Origin: Eledone cirrhosa | Taxonomy: Eukaryota | DNA: 64,000 nucleotides | NCBI GenBank assembly: GCA_964016885.1 | Contig: OZ024743.1 | Location: forward strand, 168,392,001-168,456,000 | Direction: 5' to 3' | Shown: positions 27,333 to 42,039 of the stretch, one piece after another | How the letters are laid out: the number at the start of each line of letters is the position of its first letter | Position numbering within the stretch: the stretch's first letter is position 1 | Made by a program: the position numbers and the translations under genes | Notes under the pieces: generated by a model | The model's database searches: none | Told to the model about the DNA's origin: nothing | Seen by the model: the letters and a program-made list of their open reading frames with translations, nothing else

Positions 27333-28435
27333 AGAGAGAGAGAGAGAGAGATTTGGAGTAACCAGTTTAGACTAGCAAGACCATTTTCAGCTAAGTACTT
27401 GACACTTGGGAAAGTAGGGTGTATGTATTGTAAATAGTAAACGCTCGACCGCTGAGCTCATGATATTTGATCGGCATGAGCTCAGCGGTCGGACACTATT
27501 TACTATATATATATATATATTTATTTAAGTTTGTTGGTTCACCACTGGATAGAATTGATCATTCCGTATGGTCAATCTCGATGTAATATTATGGAGAGTA
27601 CTCCACGTAATGCAGCTCACCCGTCTTCGTTTGTGTACTTGGTCGTGCGAGTACGGAGTTAATTATTATAATAAAATAACAGGAGGCTGGACTTAAACAA
27701 GAGGACGACCGACCATCTAGCATCTTCTACCTTAGTCGTTCGCCCTCAAGTGTTGGTCATTCGATCTACTTACGACCGAATGGCCAACACTTGAGGGTGA
27801 CCGACTAAGGTAGAAGATGCTAGATGGTCGGTCGTCCTCTTGTTTATGATTTTCAGCCCCATGGATTTTGTCTGTTATATTCCTTTGTTATATTTCGAAT
27901 ACCTGATGATATCACCGGATTCATACGTAACCCGGTCATTGAAATGATCATAGTATAAGAAACGTTTCAAGGATTAACACAAGTCCAGCCTCCTGTTATT
28001 TTATTATAATAATTAACTCCGTACTCGCACCACCAACTACACAAACGAAGACGGTTGAGCTGCATTACGTTGAGTACTCTCCATAATATTACATCGAGAT
28101 TGACCATACGGAATGACCAATTCTATCCAGTGGTGAACCAACAAACCTAAATATATAAATATATATATATATATATATACATATGGTAAATAGTGTTCGA
28201 CCGCTGAGCTCATGCCGATCAAATATCATGAGCTCAGCGGACGGGCGTTTACTATTTACAATACATACACCCTACTTTCCCAAGTGTCAAGTACGTAGCT
28301 GAAAATGGTCTTGCTAGTCTAAACTGGTTACTCCAAATCTCTCTCTCTATATATATATATATGTATATATATTTATATATATATATATGTATATATATGT
28401 ATATGTGTGTATATATATGTATATATATGTATATG

Positions 28436-28484
<49 letters not shown>

Positions 28485-28525
28485 GTATATGTGTGTATAT
28501 ATATGTATATATATGTATATGTATT

Positions 28526-28560
<35 letters not shown>

Positions 28561-28669
28561 GTATATGTGTGTATATATATGTATATATATGTATATGTAT
28601 TTATATATATGTATATGTATGTATATATATATATATGTATGTATATATATATATATATATATGTGTATA

Positions 28670-28702
<33 letters not shown>

Positions 28703-28986
28703 GCGTATATATATGTATATATGTATATATATATGTGTATGTATATATATATGTATATATATATATATATGTGTATATATATGTATGTATATATATATAT
28801 ATATGTGTATATATATGTATGTATATATATATATATATATATATGTGTATATATATGTATGTATATATATGTATATATATGTATATGTATGTATATGTAT
28901 GTATATATGTATGTATATATTGTATATATATATGTATATGTATGTATATATTGTATATATATGTATATGTATGTATATATTGTATA

Positions 28987-29020
<34 letters not shown>

Positions 29021-29545
29021 CTTAAACGAAGTCATCGGATATGACCGATATAGCTTCGTTGGTTTTACCCACACACTCAATGCTTGAATTAAGCCAGTAT
29101 CATTAAGATACCAGCCAAACGGTATATATATGCGACAAGTAACCAGAACTAACAAAGCAAATAATACAGCACAAGGAAGAAATATATTAGTTTAACACTT
29201 AATATAGGAGGAAAAAAGTCTCTATCGGACCACAGCAATGTTTGCATCTATGCAAATATAGGGAAACATTCTCTAACTCGGGCAAACTTTTTTTCCCAGT
29301 GGACTGAAGCAACATGAAAATGTCTTACTCAAACACACAATGCACCACCGAGATTCGAACACACGATCTTTCGATCGTGAGCCGAATGTCCGTAACCATT
29401 AAACCATGCACTTGCATTCATTCCCTATTAGCGATAACGGGGGATAAAATAATTTTTATTTGTAAATGAAATTAATTGTTTCTACGTTAGGCACAAGGCC
29501 AGCAACATACCCAGTGCATTACTGGTACTTTATTTTATCGACCCC
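26560..29545. repeat. Large imperfect palindrome (inverted duplication) centred at 27695-27980
   Basis: 26858-27283 vs 29021-29452; 27330-27692 vs 27982-28348; SINE end 26560-26632 vs 29475-29545. Confidence 0.9.
27899..27956 (+). ncRNA. Type I hammerhead ribozyme
   Basis: atac-CTGATGA-t-atcaccgg...ccggtcatt-GAAA-tgatca-TA-gtat. Confidence 0.8.
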
Positions 29546-29660
29546 GTAAGGATGAAAGGCAAAGTTAACCTCGGCGGGATTTGAACTCAGAATGGCAAGG
29601 GCCGTAACTCTATACGTCAAAGCATGGCGTCCGACCCTCTACCGATACTGCCAAATTAAT
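29475..29660 (-). mobile_element. Abundant tRNA-derived SINE (other copies near 23600-23800, 30135-30930 several, 32120-32265, 32855-33035, 33687-33900, 36874-37062, 41707-41892, 46777-46910, 49925-50097, 57973-58093, 61461-61625)
   Basis: Minus strand A box tggcagtatcgg, B box gagttcaaatcc, 3' end ggccttgtgcc..agtagaaacaatt. Confidence 0.9.
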
Positions 29661-29824
29661 GGTGCTTTTCGCAATTCATTTACTGTTTAAAATCTCGCAC
29701 CTGGACAAACTTTTACTTTTATTACAACCTGTAGGGATGTCAGTTCTTTTATTTAAAACATTAATTAATTTAAGGCCACATCTCTTGAGACCTTTTTCGA
29801 TACTGAATTTTATTGTTTGCTAAC

Positions 29825-30100
29825 AATAGTGGTCATGGTGGTGGCAGTGAGGGTGGGGGTGTCAGCGATGATGGTGGTGGTGGTGGCTGTGGTAGTGGTG
29901 GTTGTAGTGGTGGTGGTATTGGTGGCAGCGGTGGCGTTAGAGGTGTTCGCAATGATAGTGAAGTTGTTGTTGGTGATTGTGGTTGTGACAGCGACGGGGA
30001 GGTAGTGATGGCAGAGGCGGTGGCTGTGATGGTAATGGTTGTGGTGGTGGTGGTGGTGGTGGTGGTATTACTGGCTGTGACGCTTGTGTTGGTTATCATC
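29825..30100. repeat. Degenerate (GGT)n low-complexity tract
   Basis: Direct inspection. Confidence 0.9.
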
Positions 30101-31574
30101 GTAATGATATAGTCAATTATATATCGGCAGCAATACTTGATTGCTATTTTATTTTATCGATCCTGAAAGAACGAAAAGCAGGGTTGACACCCTGTTTATA
30201 TTTGAAGTCAGAACAGAAGAGAATATATGTGGAATCGACCACACTAGCATTTGCCTTTTCTCGTCCTGCAGTCAAGAGATTAAGTGTCAGTCAAATACGG
30301 AGGTCAATATAATCAATTATACACCCACTTTCCAAATATGAGGAATTGTGCCTCTGATAGAAATGGTTTCTGATTTCGACACAAGACTAACAGCGTGTTA
30401 CTAGTACTTTATTTTATCGACCGCATTAGGATGAAAGGCAAAGATAACCAAGCCGGAATTTAAAGCCAGAAAATAAAGGGACGTAACTCTATACCGCGAA
30501 TCATGTTTTTCGACCCTCTAGCGATACTGCTAATCCACCACCCTATGATACTAATGCATGCATGCCATTAACTCCTCACGACTTGTATTTGACTGGTGCT
30601 ATATTTATCAACTTCAATAAGATGAAAGACAAAGATGACCCCAGCTTGATTTGAACTCAAACTGTTGAGAGCCGGAACAAATACCTAGAAGCTTTATATC
30701 CGACGTTCTAACGTCTCTACCAAATCGTCGCCTGTCATGATAATAATATAATTGTTTCTACATTTGGCACAAGGCCAGCAATTACTGGTACTTTATTTTA
30801 TCGACCCCGTAAGGATGAAAGGCAAAGTTAACCTCGGCGGGATTTGTACACAGAATGGCAAGGGCCGTAACTCTATGCGTCAAAGCATGGCGTCCGACCC
30901 TCTACCGATACTGCCAATCCACCGCCCTTGTCATGATGATAATATAATGGTACTAAATATCACTAATTGTTTTATAACGGTATTTATTACAACATACACT
31001 TTGATTGGCACTTCCTATAATTACTATATAACGTACAAGGCATCAAACCCTACACCTGATATTTACTTGGTTCCTCCCATGATTATCATAGATCAACACA
31101 AACTATTGTATTCATCAATGCAGATATAAGGCGGTTTTACTCCGCCTAACTATTGCCAGACTGCTTAAACGGTTATTGCAACTGATGCATGCATCAGCTG
31201 ACTCCTCCCACCATTGTTAGTGGGCTGCTGTGATACTTAAGTTTGATACGTCAATAGATTTGGCCTACTTTGCAGTATAATGTCGATGATAAAGCCTGAA
31301 ACTAAACGAGTTGAATGAACTGCTGGAAACACAATACATGTTTTGAAGTCGAATGAGACTATTGTAAGGGGACAAATTAAAGGAGGTGGGTGTGACTGTC
31401 GTAAATAAGGAGTTTGGAACGGTGTGGGTGGGAAACGAACGTAAGCCAAATGACTAAAGGAAAATTCGCAAATCAAGTGCCTGAGTTGAAGTCGAGTGAG
31501 CTGTGGTAACCCAACAGGGTAAGTTTAAATAGATGCACAATTGTAAGTTAAGCGATTTTGTTGAAGCTGTAGGA

Positions 31575-31790
31575 GCTGGTTTAAAGTAGTGGGATGCATC
31601 TTATTAGAAATATCTGATTTAACGTGGTGGAAAACATCGTATTACGAATAGCTGATTTAAAGTGGTGGGGAACATCGTTATAACAAATAGCTGGTTTAAA
31701 GTGGTGGGAACATGATATTAAAAATAGTTGGTTTAAAGTGGTGGGAACATCGTATGACAAATAGCTGGTTGAAAGTGGTGGGGAACATTG
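31575..31790. repeat. Minisatellite, about 6 copies of a ~36-bp unit
   Basis: aatagctggtttaaagtggtgggaacatcgt repeated with variation. Confidence 0.85.
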
Positions 31791-33484
31791 GATTACAAAT
31801 AACAAAATGTAATAGAATATTTAAGATTAAAACAAGGCTTGTCATAATTTTAGATATTTTATTAAATTTTATTCGAACTCAAATAATCATGGACAATGGA
31901 GTTAGTAGAGCTTTGGGTGTGGTGAGGAAAGTTACCCTACCACTGATATGTATGGACCCGTAATTCTAGATGGACTTTTCGGAGCACCATAAACCCGACG
32001 AAAACCATAACCTCTCCATGTCTGAGCACAGCAATTTATTCTTGAAGAGTGTGTGAGAGAGAGATAGAGATAGAGGGAGAGAGAGGGGGTGGATGGGAAA
32101 GAGTTATAGAGGAAGAAACGATCCCAGTACTGGATTGGTACTTTATTTATCGACATCGAAAGGACGAAAGGCAAAGTTGAATTTGGCGGGATTTGATCTT
32201 ACAGCATTGAGAGCCGGAACGAATACCGCATAGCATTCGATCTGACCTTCTAACGATTCTCGATTTTCTTTGTCTTATTAATGCTTCTGCTGCTGTTACT
32301 GTTGTTGTCCTTGGTTTTTGTTGTTATTGTTGTTAATGTTTTCGTTCATGCTGTTGTTGCTATTATTAATGCTGCTGCTGTTGATGTTCAACCTCATTTC
32401 AACTCAGATTGAGAAGATTTACGATGGGGGCCCACCTAGCAGTGGCCACCCTGCCTTTGGTATCTAGTAATATTCAAGACTATATTATCTCACATATCCC
32501 TTTATTTATTTATCTAGCAGCCCGAACGAAAGTCATGGATGTTTACTTCAATGTTTCTCATTATTATTCATTATTAGCTTTTCGTATCTTTCTAGAATGA
32601 ATGTTGTCTTCCTTCTCACAGATGAAGGACAAAATATGTTTAAATGGAAAAAAAAAAAATCTGCCGTACTCTTAGACAAAAGTCTATGTTCATCTTTATA
32701 AATTATCTACATTAATCATTGATTAATATAGATTAATCATTAAGTTACATTAATTATTGATGCAACATATACTGAACGAGTGTTCCTTTAGTTTACAGTA
32801 CTAAACTCGAATAGTCCTATAACAACATTTTGTAATTATGAGGTATTCAAATGTGATGGATTGGCAGTTTTAGTAGAGCGTCGGACAAAATGCTTTACGG
32901 AAAATTGTTACGTACTTTTACGTTCTGAGTTCAAATCCCACCGGATAAATTAAAGTAGTAGTAACGCACTGGAGTCAATTTAATCGACTTTGCCCTCCCT
33001 GAAATTGTTGGCCTTGTCCCTAAATCAGAAACCGTTATAAAGTAATTTATGGTCCTAGAAACTGGGCTAAGTTTTGACACATTACGACGAGTTTCCGTGG
33101 CGAAAAGAAAGAATGACTGAATACGTATATGTTGAAAACGAAGAACCGGAGCTATTTTTGACGTAGTGGTTAGGATGTTGGGATTACGATTTTTCGGTCC
33201 TGAGATCGATTCCCGGACCGGGCGGCAGATTGTGTCCTTGAGCGCGACATTCTATTTCACCTTGCCCCAATCCACAGTATCAATGAGCGAGATATTTTAT
33301 TTCATGTTGCTCCAGTTCACTCAGCTGGGAAAAAAGAGGGCGACGGAGGAATAAAATAAGAGAATAAGTGAGAGTTTGTCCCACTCGTTCCTTCCATTGT
33401 CTCCCTCATACTCATACGCATACACACAAACACACGCGCATACACACAACCACACATGCATACACACACACAATATATACATAT

Positions 33485-33539
<55 letters not shown>

Positions 33540-34039
33540 AAAACAAATAAGTTGAGTAACTGAATCTAGTTTTCTTTCATTACAACAATATGAAATCTTT
33601 TAAGCAGTGATTCTGTTGTGGCGGGTGCAGTAATTAACCCCATTGAACAAAGACCTGTGCCCTCAATAAATAAGGTGGTCATAACGGTTTCTGATTTAGG
33701 CACAAGGCCAACAATTTTGGGGGAGAGGAAAGTCGATTAAATCGACTTCAGCGCGTTATCGGTACTTTATATTATCGACCCGCTAAGGATGAAAGGCAAA
33801 GCTAATCTCGGCGGAATTTTAAATCAGAACATAAAGGGTCGTAATTGTTTGCCATAAAGCTTGTTGTCTGACGCTCTGCCGATTCTACTGCCAACCTACC
33901 TCCCTGAAATAAAGCAGTAATAACAATAAGTAAAATGTATATGATTAAGGCTCCTGGAAAAGATTAAATATGTGCTGAGGCCTAACATTTTGGTTTTTGT
34001 CGCATCGCACAATCTCTAAAGATTAATTATTGTATTCTG

Positions 34040-34510
34040 GAGATATGGTGCTGTTCCCAAACATTAGAAAGCAGTTATGATCTCTTTTTTATATAAAGGA
34101 AAGGGTGTCATGGAACAGACATTCTGAATATAGATTTTGAGGTAGCCGACGTTTTAAGTATTGAGACAATGGTAGGCAAGCACCGTTTAAGTGACACGGA
34201 TGAAAGATCAGAGGAATTTGAAGCATATGCTGTATGGTGCGGTTGTAATCGGAAAATGCTCCCAACTTCAGTTTAAGGACCATGTAAAATCCTATTTGAA
34301 AGTAGTTGAATTATGTGAGGGCAACTGGAAAAGAAAAGATGCCTTTCATTCTCACAAATGGAGTAAATGGATAAATGATGGTGCCAATCTATTTAAAACA
34401 TATACATATCTCATGCATAATTTTAACGAGTTGCACGGAAACAGAATTTGTGAAATGGATCGAGTAAACTTGGTCTGTGGTATTTTTAAGGCTGGTCTGA
34501 TTAGTCACAA
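34040..34510 (+). pseudogene. Old RTE-clade LINE 3' remnant
   Basis: RMKDQRNLKHMLYG...FKDHVKSYLK...W...W. Confidence 0.55.
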
Positions 34511-34722
34511 CAAATTGATAAATATTTGACTACAGCAACTCCACAACAAAGGGTGTAACATGAAGTTCATAGGGGAAAGTTTGTAAATATATTAATGGAT
34601 TTCTACATATTGTTGTGTTGTGTAGACTTGAAGGTTTAAATGTAAGGCCAGCCGGCATATCTGAAAAATAAGATGCTCTTTAATTGTATACCTCGGACAG
34701 GTGTGGACAGCAACCACACACA

Positions 34723-34852
<130 letters not shown>

Positions 34853-35216
34853 TAAATATACACGGGTGTGTATGATTGTGTATAGAAGATTATATTAATA
34901 AGAGGAATTCCAACTTTGTCTGATTTACTCGTTTTATTTACCATCCTTTAAAATTTAGATGGTTGTTTATATATTGTCAAAGTTCTTTCGTCACACATTA
35001 TGTGACCTCTTCAGTGACGGGAATATTTTCTTTGTTTCGTGCCTCTCCTTTGTTCTGTCCTACGCCATCTTGTTTCTGTGTGTGTGTTGTGTGCTCAGTC
35101 TGCGCATGCGCCACATCCGGGTGTCTGTGTGTGTTTATATTCGTTTATTTATTTGTTTATTTACATGTTACAGGTTGGTTGTTTGTTCTATGTGCGTGTG
35201 TGTTTTCATTTTGTCC

Positions 35217-35842
35217 TTAATTGTAAGTTGTGATGTTGCTGTTCCACTCATGTTTTCTATTTAATTTTGGTTGTAATTCTTTTATGTTTATTGCCTCTGT
35301 GATTTGTCTAAACATTGCGTCTTTTCTGTGTGTAGATTCTATTTTTATTTCTATGTTCTCTAATTTACCCTTATGTTCTATTTTAGCATGTTGGTAGAGT
35401 ACAGATGATTCTTTACTATCTTGAAGGTCTCGCCAGTGTTCATTTATCCGTTCCCCTACACTACGAGCTGTCTCATCTATGTACACTATATTTTTGTCTC
35501 TACATTGTCCTTCAGTACATCTTATGCTATATACTACATTTCTAGTTTTACAGTTAATATGGGGGCTTAATTTACAGGTTCTATATTTCTTATCTATACA
35601 GGGGGGTCTTTGAAAAGGGTATGTCTTGCTAATAAGTGTTTTTACGGAGGTACCTGGTCTTTGTACTATCTTAATATTGAGTTTATGTTTATCTAGGGCC
35701 CTTCTAAATGTGTAAGCTAATTCGCCTCTAGGGGTTGCCTCGATGAACATTACACTCTGGTATTTATTGCAATCATACCATGAGTTTATTCTATTAGCCT
35801 TATTCCTAGTTCTTTCTATTCTATTCCAAAATTTGCTCCTAG
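35217..35842 (-). pseudogene. Inverted copy of the PLE GIY-YIG region
   Basis: ORF 35217-35750 nearly identical to the C-terminus of 36988-37731. Confidence 0.92.
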
Positions 35843-37731
35843 GGACCTAACAAACTGCATAATAGGTAGTATGGATGTTGTGTCCCTGTTTCCATCTATT
35901 GACGTGGATTTTGCTGTGAAGAAATGCGTAGAAATGATCAGTGAGAGCAATGTTGGATTCCGTGAGATTGATACCAGTGAGCTGGGACTGCTACTTAAAC
36001 TTACCTATAGTAATAATTACCTAGACACATATGACCTTAGCAACGTGTGCCCTACAAGACAAGCAAGAGGCAGACCACCTACCATTACCTCAATGGCCAA
36101 GAAAACCCACACAGATAGATGGAACGGGTGGACCAGAGCCATACGGACACCCGAAAACCACGATGAACTAAAGAAAATTATTGCACATGCGATGGGGGCC
36201 AGCATAAAATTAACCCTTAAGGAACATATGTTCAAATTTAATGGAAAAACATATGCCCAAGAGGAAGGAGCAGCCATTGGTGTTAGAATTGCAGGCGACA
36301 TAGTTAACTTATTCATGGTATGGTCGGACAGTAGACTTAAACTTAAACTTAAAGAACAATTGGAAGACCCCTTAACCCTGATAATGTACTCCCGCTACGT
36401 GATGATATAAACATCGTAGTTAAAACACCTCCACTAGAGAACAGTCAGGAATTAGAGAAAAACACAATGGAAAGCATCCAGCAAATAGCTAACTCCATCC
36501 ACCAGCGTATTAGAGTTACTATAGACTACCCAAGTAAACACCCCAACCATCGATTACCTGTACTAGACACAGAGCTCCGGTTAGATACCATTAATAAAAA
36601 AAACAAATCCTCCATTCCCATTGTGCCAAATCCATGACTTCCAAATATCTGATCCATCGAAACTCAGCTGTTTCGGACCATACCAAAATCAACATACTGA
36701 TTGCGGATTTGGTACGGGTGATGAGAAACGTGTCCCGCATGTGCAACCCCGAAGAACTAGAGAGACACATACAACACTTCATCCACCGTATGCAGTTCTC
36801 TGGTTACAATCAGAGAGATAAAATCAGAGTGTATAGAGGAGCCAGAACCAAATGAGAAAAAATGGTAAATAATTGTTTCTACTTTTGGCACAAGGCCAGC
36901 AATTACCCAGTGCATTACTGGTACTTTATTTTATCGACCCCGTAAGGATGAAAGGCAAAGTTAACCTAGGCGGGATTTGAACTCAGAATGGCAAGGGCCG
37001 TAACTCTATGCATCAAAGCATGGCATCCAACCCTCTACCGATACTGCCAATTCACCGCCCTCCGAAATATGGTAAATAATGACACAAATGGGACCTGGCC
37101 CTTGTATAGGACCAAATTTTGGAATAGAATAGAAAGAACTAGGAATAAGGCTAATAGAATAAACTCATGGTATGATAGCAATAAATACCAGAGTGTAATG
37201 TTCATCGATACAACCCCTAGAGGCGAATTAGCTTACAAATTTAGAAGGGCCCTAGATAAACATAAACTCAATATTAAGATAATACAAAGACCAGGTACCT
37301 CCGTAAAAACACTTATTAGCAAGACATACCCTTTTCAAAGACCCTCCTGTATAGATAAGAAATATAGAACCTGTAAATTAAGCCCCCATATTAACTGTAA
37401 AACTAGAAATGTAGTATATAGCATAAGATGTACTGAAGGACAATGTAGAGACAAAAATATAGTGTACATAGATGAGACAGCTCGTAGTGTAGGGGAACGG
37501 ATAAATGAACACTGGCGAGACCTTCAAGATAGTAAAGAATCATCTGTACTCTACCAACATGCTAAAATAGAACATAAGGGTAAATTAGAGAACATAGAAA
37601 TAAAAATAGAATCTACACACAGAAAAGACGCAATGTTTAGACAAATCACAGAGGCAATAAACATAAAAGAATTACAACCAAAATTAAATAGAAAACATGA
37701 GTGGAACAGCAACATCACAACTTACAATTAA
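35843..37731 (+). pseudogene. Disrupted PLE RT + GIY-YIG
   Basis: MDVVSLFPSID..., frameshift at YVDD, stop at 36853, SINE insertion, YIDET instead of YIGET. Confidence 0.92.
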
Positions 37732-38176
37732 GGACAAAATGAAAACACACACGCACATAGAACAAACAACCAACCTGTAACATGTAAATAAACAAATAAA
37801 TAAACGAATATAAACACACACAGACACCCGGATGTGGCGCATGCGCAGACTGAGCACACAACACACACACAGAAACAAGATGGCGTAGGACAGAACAAAG
37901 GAGAGGCACGAAACAAAGAAAATATTCCCGTCACTGAAGAGGTCACATAATGTGTGACGAAAGAACTTTGACAATATATAAACAACCATCTGGTTGTGGA
38001 ACCAACCAACCGGAAATTTATAAATTCCTAAATTTATAAATTTATTATAATAAATTGAAGTGAAAGCAACTGGTGCGTGTGTTTCTTATTGGCAACATGA
38101 CCCTCCCAAAGTATAACAATATCGGTTTCAACACACGTTTTCAGATAAAGAACCTTGCTAAACAAATTCAGAAACG

Positions 38177-38218
<42 letters not shown>

Positions 38219-38719
38219 AGATAAAGATAATAATGACAAAAATAAAAGCAAAGAAGGGGGTGAGAAAGAAGAAAAGAAAAGATAGCCAAGAAGGGGAGGG
38301 AAGGAAGGAAGAAAACGAAGAAATAGAAGAGGAATGAGGGAGAAGGGGGGCATATAGGTATTGGTTTTGTGGGTAACTAAAGGGTTTAGATACAAGAGGG
38401 TATAAAGTTTGTCAGTTAGTAGTAAGAGGTTAAGGGTTCGATTTGTAGTGCAAAAACTTCTCTTTGAGTCTATGGTTACAATAAATTGATCTCTCGATTT
38501 TATTGTTGAGTAACCTATTCTTCGAACTTAAGATGTGGAACAGCTCAAGGTCGCATAATCGACAGCTTCTCATACCACTCCGGTATGGGCGCGCGTTCGA
38601 TAATTTTTTCCACTTCAGTGTGTATTGATGGTTACTTTCCCTCAGTTGTCAGGTCTTGTTTGCAAGGTTAGTTACATAACGGTGCTGGGAATGTTTCATT
38701 GCGTAACGGTGTGTATACC

Positions 38720-41665
38720 AACGCCTGTTTATATGCCTTAGCAACGACAGTGAAGCATTATCTTGGTGATAGCAGAGATATTAACAAGAACAAAACACCA
38801 CCAAAACTACCATCATATATAACTTAAATATAAAAAAAGATTGCTGACCTACGAAAAACCATAGGATATGTGTCAATGCTCCTTACATGCAAACAAACAC
38901 AAAAAAACCTCACTCCTCCCCAACAAAGAGTGAAAAATGAAATTGAGACGATGTTTGGTAACAGTAGAACCAGGACTCTTCAATATAAGCTGATCACCCT
39001 CAAACAAGAATTGAGAGCTGTTAGCTAAAAACGCCGATACCCGAAGAAGGTAGATGAAAGAAAAGTGCTTAATAAAAGATTCAGCCGAAAACAAACATCA
39101 GTCTGTAGCGATATGAATGACAAAATAATAAGTGTCACCGAGGCCCCATCCCAGAAAGACAGATTCCTTTTGGAGAAAAATATGGGGTGAAAAGAAGAAT
39201 TTCAACCAAGATGCAGTGTGGCTGAAAGAAATTCGAAAGAACTATTACTCCTACACTACAACAAAAACATACGAAATAAGTAAGGGTACCCTTGAGATTG
39301 TGATAGGAAAACTCCAAGATAAGAAATCACCAGGAAGAGACATGATTGTCGGCTACTGGTACAAAAACTGATATTCTATCGGAGATATCTTACTGACTTC
39401 TACTAACAAGTTCTTAAGGGAGATACACTTATACCAGAATTGTTGACATTAGCACAAACATTACTGGTCCCCAAGAACAAAGACACCCACTTGGCAAAAA
39501 ACTACCGACCCATCGCATGCCAGAACCTGATGTATAAGATGTATACAGCCTACCTGAACCTATTTCTCCAAGATCACTGTGAAAATAATAACATCATCAC
39601 AGATGAACAAGCAGCAAGGTGTTCTGGGATGTGCTGAGCAACTCTTAATCAACAAAACTGCGATGTCGGAGGTGCGACAACTTAGGAGGAATATGGCTAC
39701 AGTCTGGCTGGACTACATGATAGCTTTCGATTCTGTTTCCCACTCTTGGATGATAGAGGCCCTCCAACTTGCTGAAGTCCCAAACATTATTATCAGAGCC
39801 ATAGAGAAGCTGTCTTCTTCTTGGGCTACTATCCTAAGGTTAAAGACAGAGAGGAAGGACTCTATTTCCACTGATAAAATAAAATATTGCAGGGATATAT
39901 TTCAGGGGGACATTAACCCCCTTGTCCTTTCTGCTCAAGAAATGTGAAGGACACATCATTGGCTCACAGGAGAACAGAAATAAGAACCTAACCCATAATT
40001 TCTTTGTGGACGATCTGAAACTGTATGCCAAGAACATGGATGGGATGAAGAAAAATCTTGACCTGGTTACAACGTTCTCAAAGGATATAGGAATGGAGTT
40101 TGGCCAAGATAAATGCTCATATATGACTGTAAAGCGGGGAAAATAAACAACCCAATCTAGCAACATTTTCATCAATGGCCTAACTGTTTCACTGATATCT
40201 GATGAAGACTGTTGCAGATACATGGGGATAGATGAGAACATATTCTGTAAAGGTATCTGTAATAAGGAACGCGTAACCAGGGAATACTACACCTGATTAA
40301 GAAAGATTTGGTCATCGGAACTCTCTGTGACATAGACCGTCTTTACTTGAAACGTAAGCGGGGAGGCAGAGGCCTAACATCAGTCCAGACAGCATTTGAA
40401 TGTCGCATCATATCCCTCCGAGAACATCTACGAACCTCGAAGCGTAGGCGCCCGTCTCTCGAGCAAGTCTATCTGCATGAAACAGATAAGATCATGAGAG
40501 TTGGGAAGGAACTCCTCTAGAGATATTCCCTGTGTGATAATCAAAAACTCACACCCAGGGAAGTCGCTCAGCAATATCGCAGTGAATCTATGGATAAAAA
40601 GCTACATGCTTCTCAGCAAAAAATCATGCATGGATATGTTGCCAGGAAGCTCCAGAGTGAGAGTAATATAGATAAGGAAAGTAGTCTATCTTGGAAACCC
40701 GCTATATTGGCTCCCACGTTGAGGGATACAGATTTGCAATCCAAGAACAGTAAATTAACACGAAATACCTGATTCACCAAAGAGATAGGGATGCAGGCAA
40801 AACACCTAGATGTGATAATAAGTGCAGACTCTGCAGAATTAACATCGCAGGTCTCACCCATGTCATCAGCAGCTGTCCAAAGATGTCATCGCGGTACTAT
40901 CTACCTATGAGGCATGATGTAGTGGCCAAAACACTGTACAAGGCAATCCGTAGAAAAGATAGCCCCGATAAAAGATAGCCACATTAAAAGCTACAGAAAT
41001 GTGGAAGATATCCATGTACATAATATGAAAGAGTACTAGTGGAATGTTCCAAATAAAATGCAGGCATAACAGACCATATATTATATGGGACAGAGAGAAG
41101 AAAGCATGCACAGTAGTGGAAATTAGCTGCCCAGCAGATGCCAATATAATATCAAAGATTAGCGAAAAGGAGAATATTTATGCAGAAGTGATGAGAAATC
41201 CACCCTGATTACAACTTCAGATTTATGCCTGTCATTATTGGGGCACTGGGCTATGTTAGTAACTGCCTCAATACAAATCTTGAGAAGCTAGACTTCACAG
41301 GAACAGAAACAACATAACTAGTTAGGAAATTACAATCCATTAATGGAACAGTAAAAATATGTAAAACATTCCAAAAATTTTGCATCTAATAACTGCACAT
41401 ACACATGTACAGACACAAAGCATATACACATGCACACATACAACTCAAAAAATCCACATCCACACATACAATAATATCCATATCTACACATGCATACATA
41501 ATCTACCTAGTTGATGTGTAAATTCCAATGTGAGTCTTGTGTCTATATTAGAAACCGACCATCTCTCTATTGGTAAGCATTTGTGAAATTAAAAAACCAG
41601 AAGACCAAACATACATGAGGGCTGCCCTCTCGTTATCGAGTATGGCCATTGTACGAAAAAAAAAA
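38720..41665 (+). mobile_element. R4/Dong-like non-LTR retrotransposon (RT, CCHC, restriction-like endonuclease), decayed, ending at (AAT)n
   Basis: KSPGRD, NYRPIAC, EQLLINK, WLDY.AFDSV.H.W, IFQGD, FVDDLKLY, GMEFG.DKC, RLYL.R..GGRGL, CRLC...H.ISSC, RHD, VEISCP. Confidence 0.85.
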
Positions 41666-42039
41666 ATAATAATAACGACAATAATAATAACAACAATAAT
41701 AATAATTGTTTCTACTTTAGGCACAAGGCCAGCAATTACCCAGTACATTACTGGTACTTTATTTTATCGACCCCGTAAGGATGAAAGGCAAAGTTAACCT
41801 CAGCGGGATTTGAACTCAAACCGTAAAGGGACGTAACTATGCTAGAAAGCATGGCGTCCAACCCTCTACCGATACTGCCAATTCACCGCCCTAACAACAA
41901 TAATAATAATGATAATATATATATGTATACACACACATATATATTTATACACACATACACACACACACTCACATGATTACAATTAACAGTGCTGCGATCG
42001 ATGGTGGCGTTTTAGCCCAGCCAATGATCTAAAATGTCT

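Larger units (their letters stand above)
34955..38180 (+). mobile_element. Family A PLE, 5'-truncated, with long inverted arm (34955-35842 including GIY-YIG), RT body, pLTR and tail; HHRs 34976-35018 (-) and 37930-37972 (+)
   Basis: High similarity to 10993-14430; SINE inserted at 36874-37062 with 12-bp TSD atggtaaataat. Confidence 0.93.

Noticed and set aside
27695-27845. Pre-miRNA hairpin
   Set aside because: Near-perfect arms inside a mobile-element palindrome; no expression evidence
29813-30112. Gly/Val/Pro-rich protein
   Set aside because: Degenerate GGT repeat
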